Assembly: GCA_964386365.1 (NCBI GenBank)
Contig: CAYLQR010000027.1
Location: 1 to 39,482 of the forward strand
DNA length: 39,482 nucleotides
Source of the DNA: an uncultured Candidatus Saccharibacteria bacterium
GTDB taxonomy: Bacteria > Patescibacteriota > Minisyncoccia > Minisyncoccales > UBA1441
Reading direction: 5' to 3'
Below, piece after piece: positions 36,605 to 39,482 of this stretch. Position numbers and translations under genes: made by a program. The first letter of the stretch is position 1. Every line of letters begins with the position of its first letter. The notes beneath the pieces were generated by a model, which worked only from the letters and a program-made list of their open reading frames with translations, was not told where the DNA came from and searched no databases.

Positions 36605-36874
36605 TTGATTCCTCTTTTCTTAACGCTCCCTTTAGTAATTTATGGTTGGAATAAAGAACTATTTGGAATTCTACTTAGCGCATTTTTTTCAGGAATTGTG
36701 ATTGAAGATTTTGTTTATTTTCTTGTTAATCTTGTTGTAAAATTCAAAGAATTCTTTTCAGAGTTTACAGATTACTACCCTTGGATAAAAATAAGGGGTA
36801 AAAAGATAATCCCTGTCGGTTATATAGTAGGAATCACTTTAGCAATTTTATCATGGTATTTCTTATGGAGATAA
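36605..36874 (+). pseudogene. Membrane protein, probably 5'-truncated (cassette-like)
   Basis: Hydrophobic 89-aa frame with a TTG start, only 28 bp from the divergent ORF, followed by an attC-like hairpin. Confidence 0.5.
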
Positions 36875-36939
36875 GAGTTAGCAAAAAAACTCAAAAATTT
36901 TCCTTCGGAACGTTGCACTAAATTTTTGTCCTTCGGAGA

Positions 36940-37042
36940 ACATAACAGCGATTAAGAGACTTCGCTTTGCAGACTCCGTCCAAATTGAATTTTTGCGAGA
37001 TGCCTTAAAAAATTCAACTTCTCTTAATCGCAGATGTTATAA
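36940..37042 (+). repeat. attC-like imperfect inverted repeat
   Basis: ACATAAC-A-GCGATTAAGAGA ... TCTCTTAATCGC-AGAT-GTTATAA, with inner stem TTGAATTTTT/AAAAATTCAA. Confidence 0.6.
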
Positions 37043-37270
37043 AACATTTGCCTCCGTGCACCTACAAGGGAAAACTTAATAAGCTTATTCGCAATCATTT
37101 AATAAAGATAGAAACTCAAGAAAATTTAATTTATGATTATTGGAAAAAGTTTGCTAATTAAAATTCCAAGCTCTTCAAAGATTAGTTAAACAAAGAAAAT
37201 AAATTTTTAAAAAAGAATATTGCGAATAATCCTTCTGTTCTTTTGAAAAAACAAATATCTTGAAAAGACA

Positions 37271-37689
37271 GCAGAATGGCGGGAACAAGAGAGCCAATCA
37301 TCTGTTATTTTCGTTCAAAATCTTAGGAAAGAAATCCTGCAGGCAAAAATAAAAATGGATCGACTGAATGAGACTTATTTGGAAGAAGTGTTTGTAATTA
37401 GAAGAATTTAAGGAAAAGAAAAACATTTTAGTTGAAAAGCTATCCGAGTTAAGGTAAAAATTAAAAGATTTTGAACAAACCCGAACTCTGCCAAAACTGG
37501 GCTTTGGAAGCCAACCAAGTTAAAAACCTTGCTTTAACTGAAAATTTTTCAGAAATGAAAAACTTTCTACAAAAAATCGGCTCAAACCGCGAAATCGCGG
37601 ACAGCCGACTTTTAATCATCTTTAAAAACCTCGGAATTTCCTTTATTCTCTACCTGCTATATGCCGAGTCAACGGCTCGTTCGATGTAA
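37271..37689 (+). pseudogene. Frameshifted C-terminal remnant of a probable large serine recombinase
   Basis: Pieced frames: EWREQESQSSVIFVQNLRKEILQAKIKMDRLNETYLEEVF / LEEFKEKKNILVEKLSELR*KLKDFEQ / NWALEANQVKNLALTENFSEMKNFLQKIGSNR. These resemble, from memory, the coiled-coil tail of tRNA-adjacent recombinases. Confidence 0.55.
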
Positions 37690-37709
37690 AAAATCAAGAA
37701 TATAAACTA

Positions 37710-37734
37710 TGGTGGACTTGAGGAGACTCGGACT
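37710..37734 (-). repeat. Duplicated 3' end of tRNA-Ala (att-like direct repeat)
   Basis: TGGTGGACTTGAGGAGACTCGGACT matches 39215-39239 TGGTGGACTTGGGGAGACTCGAACT at 23 of 25 positions. Confidence 0.85.
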
Positions 37735-37768
37735 TTCTTTGTCTAACATTACAAAAAAGGGGCAAAAA

Positions 37769-38524
37769 CTATTTCTTAGCTGTCCAAAGCAATCTATGAC
37801 TGCTCAACTCCATATCTCCATCACGAAGTTTTATATCAACTTCCTCAATATGTGCTTTATCTTTTGTTTTATTAAAATCTGGAATTATTGGGGCTCTTTC
37901 GAGGATTCCCACCACATCATTGATTGATGAATAAGCTTGATAAAATTTAAAATATTTTGATTCAACAAGCTTCATTCCAGATTGTTTCAACAATTTTTTT
38001 ACCGACTCAAGCTTTGTCTCCCGATTGGGATAATTTTGCCCTCTTCCAAAAATTTTTTTGAGCTCAATTTTATCTTCTTCACCGATAGTTTCTTCAATCA
38101 TTAATCCTTCGGTTTTTAAAACACGAAAACTTTCTTTAATAAAATCAATGTTAGCCGAAAGTGGCCCTCTTGAGCTAAAAACAATATCAAAATATCCGTC
38201 TCTAAAAGGTAGGTTTTTTCCGTCCGCGACCTTAAAAATAACATTTTTAGCTCCGACTCCCTTTTTTAATTTTTCTGCAGATTTTACATAATCATCAAAA
38301 GGGTCAATGCCAACAATTTCCTTAAAAAACGGAGAAAGTTTGAGTGTTAACTCGCCCGACCCACACCCTAAATCCAATACTCTAAAATTTTTGTTAGCGT
38401 ATCTCTTAAGATATTCAAAAAAATTCGGTTTTTCTCCAGCCGTTAATTTACCTTGTCCATGAAACTCATATTTCCTGAATTTCTTTGAGTTTTTCTTATA
38501 AAAACTATCGTAATGGTCTTCCAT
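37769..38524 (-). CDS. Class I SAM-dependent methyltransferase
   Basis: VLDLGCGSG, VGID, ADGKNLPF..GYFDIV.S.RGP, RVLK.EG; ATG at 38524 preferred. Confidence 0.9.
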   Translation of the reverse strand: MEDHYDSFYKKNSKKFRKYEFHGQGKLTAGEKPNFFEYLKRYANKNFRVLDLGCGSGELTLKLSPFFKEIVGIDPFDDYVKSAEKLKKGVGAKNVIFKVADGKNLPFRDGYFDIVFSSRGPLSANIDFIKESFRVLKTEGLMIEETIGEEDKIELKKIFGRGQNYPNRETKLESVKKLLKQSGMKLVESKYFKFYQAYSSINDVVGILERAPIIPDFNKTKDKAHIEEVDIKLRDGDMELSSHRLLWTAKK

Positions 38525-39154
38525 GTCTATCTCTTTTTTTAGCGATAAATTCCAAGTTATTCTATTTTTCAAACTTTAAGTTTTTCTTTGGCAGCAAATT
38601 CTTCAATCTTTTTCCTTCAGTAAAATTGATTTAATTATTCCGAATGCACTTGGGAAAATCTGTTTCCCAAAACAAATTATCTATTGTCTGAACTCTTGCC
38701 CAAGGATTAAGGTTCTTGCTCTAAAATTAGAACATTCTCTTAATTCCCTAATTTGTGAATCAGTAAAATGGTGAGAAATATCTGCTTCGTAATAATATTG
38801 TCCACGATGAAGAGCTGTATGAATACCCTGAGGGTTTACAAAAGATTCTGTTGCTTTCCCCTTCCTTAAATTATTACATTGACCACATTTTACTTTATTA
38901 ATTTCAATCTTTTAAAAGATTGATTGAATAACCACTTTGTTTAAATTTAGCAATTTGGGTTCCCCTTAATGTTTTCATCAAAATTTTTAGAAAGCAATTT
39001 ACTGAATAAGATATTTTTCAGTTTCTCTGTTTTTTTCTGCGCCAATCTTAAAGTAAATTTCTTCTTCCCCCACTATCAAACGACTTTGGCAACGAAGATT
39101 GCAAGTTTCGTCGGGAGAAAAAGAACCAGTAGGATTATGAAGTTCTATCCTTAA

Positions 39155-39212
39155 ACAATGCTCACTCAAGAGCCTTCGCTATTTTCTTGAGTATATCAAG
39201 CGTTGGATTTTT
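39155..39212 (-). pseudogene. C-terminal fragment of an XRE/Cro-type HTH regulator
   Basis: Minus strand reads KNPTLDILKKIAKALE followed by a frameshifted (V)SI, matching the NPxxxxLxKIAxALxVS end of HTH_3 proteins. Confidence 0.55.
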
Positions 39213-39214
39213 GT

Positions 39215-39291
39215 TGGTGGACTTGGGGAGACTCGAACTCCCGACCTCCACATTGCAAATGTGGCGCTCTAGCCAATTGAGCTACAAGCCC
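39215..39291 (-). tRNA. tRNA-Ala (TGC), CCA encoded
   Basis: Acceptor GGGCTTG/CAAGTCC with G3.U70, anticodon arm CCACA-TTTGCAA-TGTGG, T loop TTCGAGT. Confidence 0.97.
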
Positions 39292-39482
39292 TTAAATATT
39301 TAGAAAAAAGAATTCTAACTTCTTTATTTTAACAAATCTAACCTAAAAATTAAAGAAAATTTATTTTACCTTTTAGATTTTTAAAAAAGGAAAGAGGGGA
39401 AAAGAGCGTTTCTGGGAGTAAACCTTAAGGTGGTTTACAGCGCCAGAAAACATCTTTTGCCCCTCTCTGAGTTGTAGCCTAT

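Noticed and set aside
11011-38291. Short antisense or alternate-frame ORFs (11011, 12973, 15995, 17364, 18038, 21066, 21079, 29335, 37709, 38058)
   Set aside because: Shadows of well-supported genes; the Phe/Ser-rich translations reflect purine-rich sense codons.
38969-39154. 61-aa plus-strand ORF in the islet
   Set aside because: No recognisable motif; neighbouring islet fragments are on the minus strand.
39132-39187. ATTATGAAGT and TCGCTATTTTCT matches to the rpmA-upstream repeat
   Set aside because: Short AT-rich matches split by ~30 bp; the second is explained by the HTH coding remnant.

Overview
AT-rich bacterial chromosome segment. Gene content and style (intron-split rRNA, short AspRS, compact overlapping genes, L9 present) suggest Patescibacteria/CPR, probably Parcubacteria; this taxonomy is an inference. 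Bases 1-4300 hold the 3' part of a 23S rRNA gene and a 5S rRNA. The 23S is split by three group I introns at E. coli-equivalent sites L2500 (no ORF), L2593 (LAGLIDADG ORF) and L2656, which lies inside the sarcin-ricin loop (LAGLIDADG ORF). Bases 4361-24351 (+) carry mreC-mreD-pbp2-lysS-serS-hydrolase-fem-murF-degT-xseAB-DUF167-fem-ftsQ-like, then grpE-hsp20-dnaK-dnaJ, tRNA-Lys, an S41 protease and rplI. Bases 24348-36081 are almost all minus strand: rpmA, a Xer-type recombinase, gltX, murG-ftsW-murD-murI-mraY, a DD-carboxypeptidase, aspS and a receiver protein. Bases 36100-39300 are a decayed accessory region at tRNA-Ala with a duplicated tRNA 3' end, a serine-recombinase remnant, an XRE-HTH remnant, a SAM methyltransferase and a lone attC-like hairpin. 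The strongest lead is the sarcin-ricin-loop intron and its endonuclease. All calls are from reading the sequence; no searches or folding programs were run.
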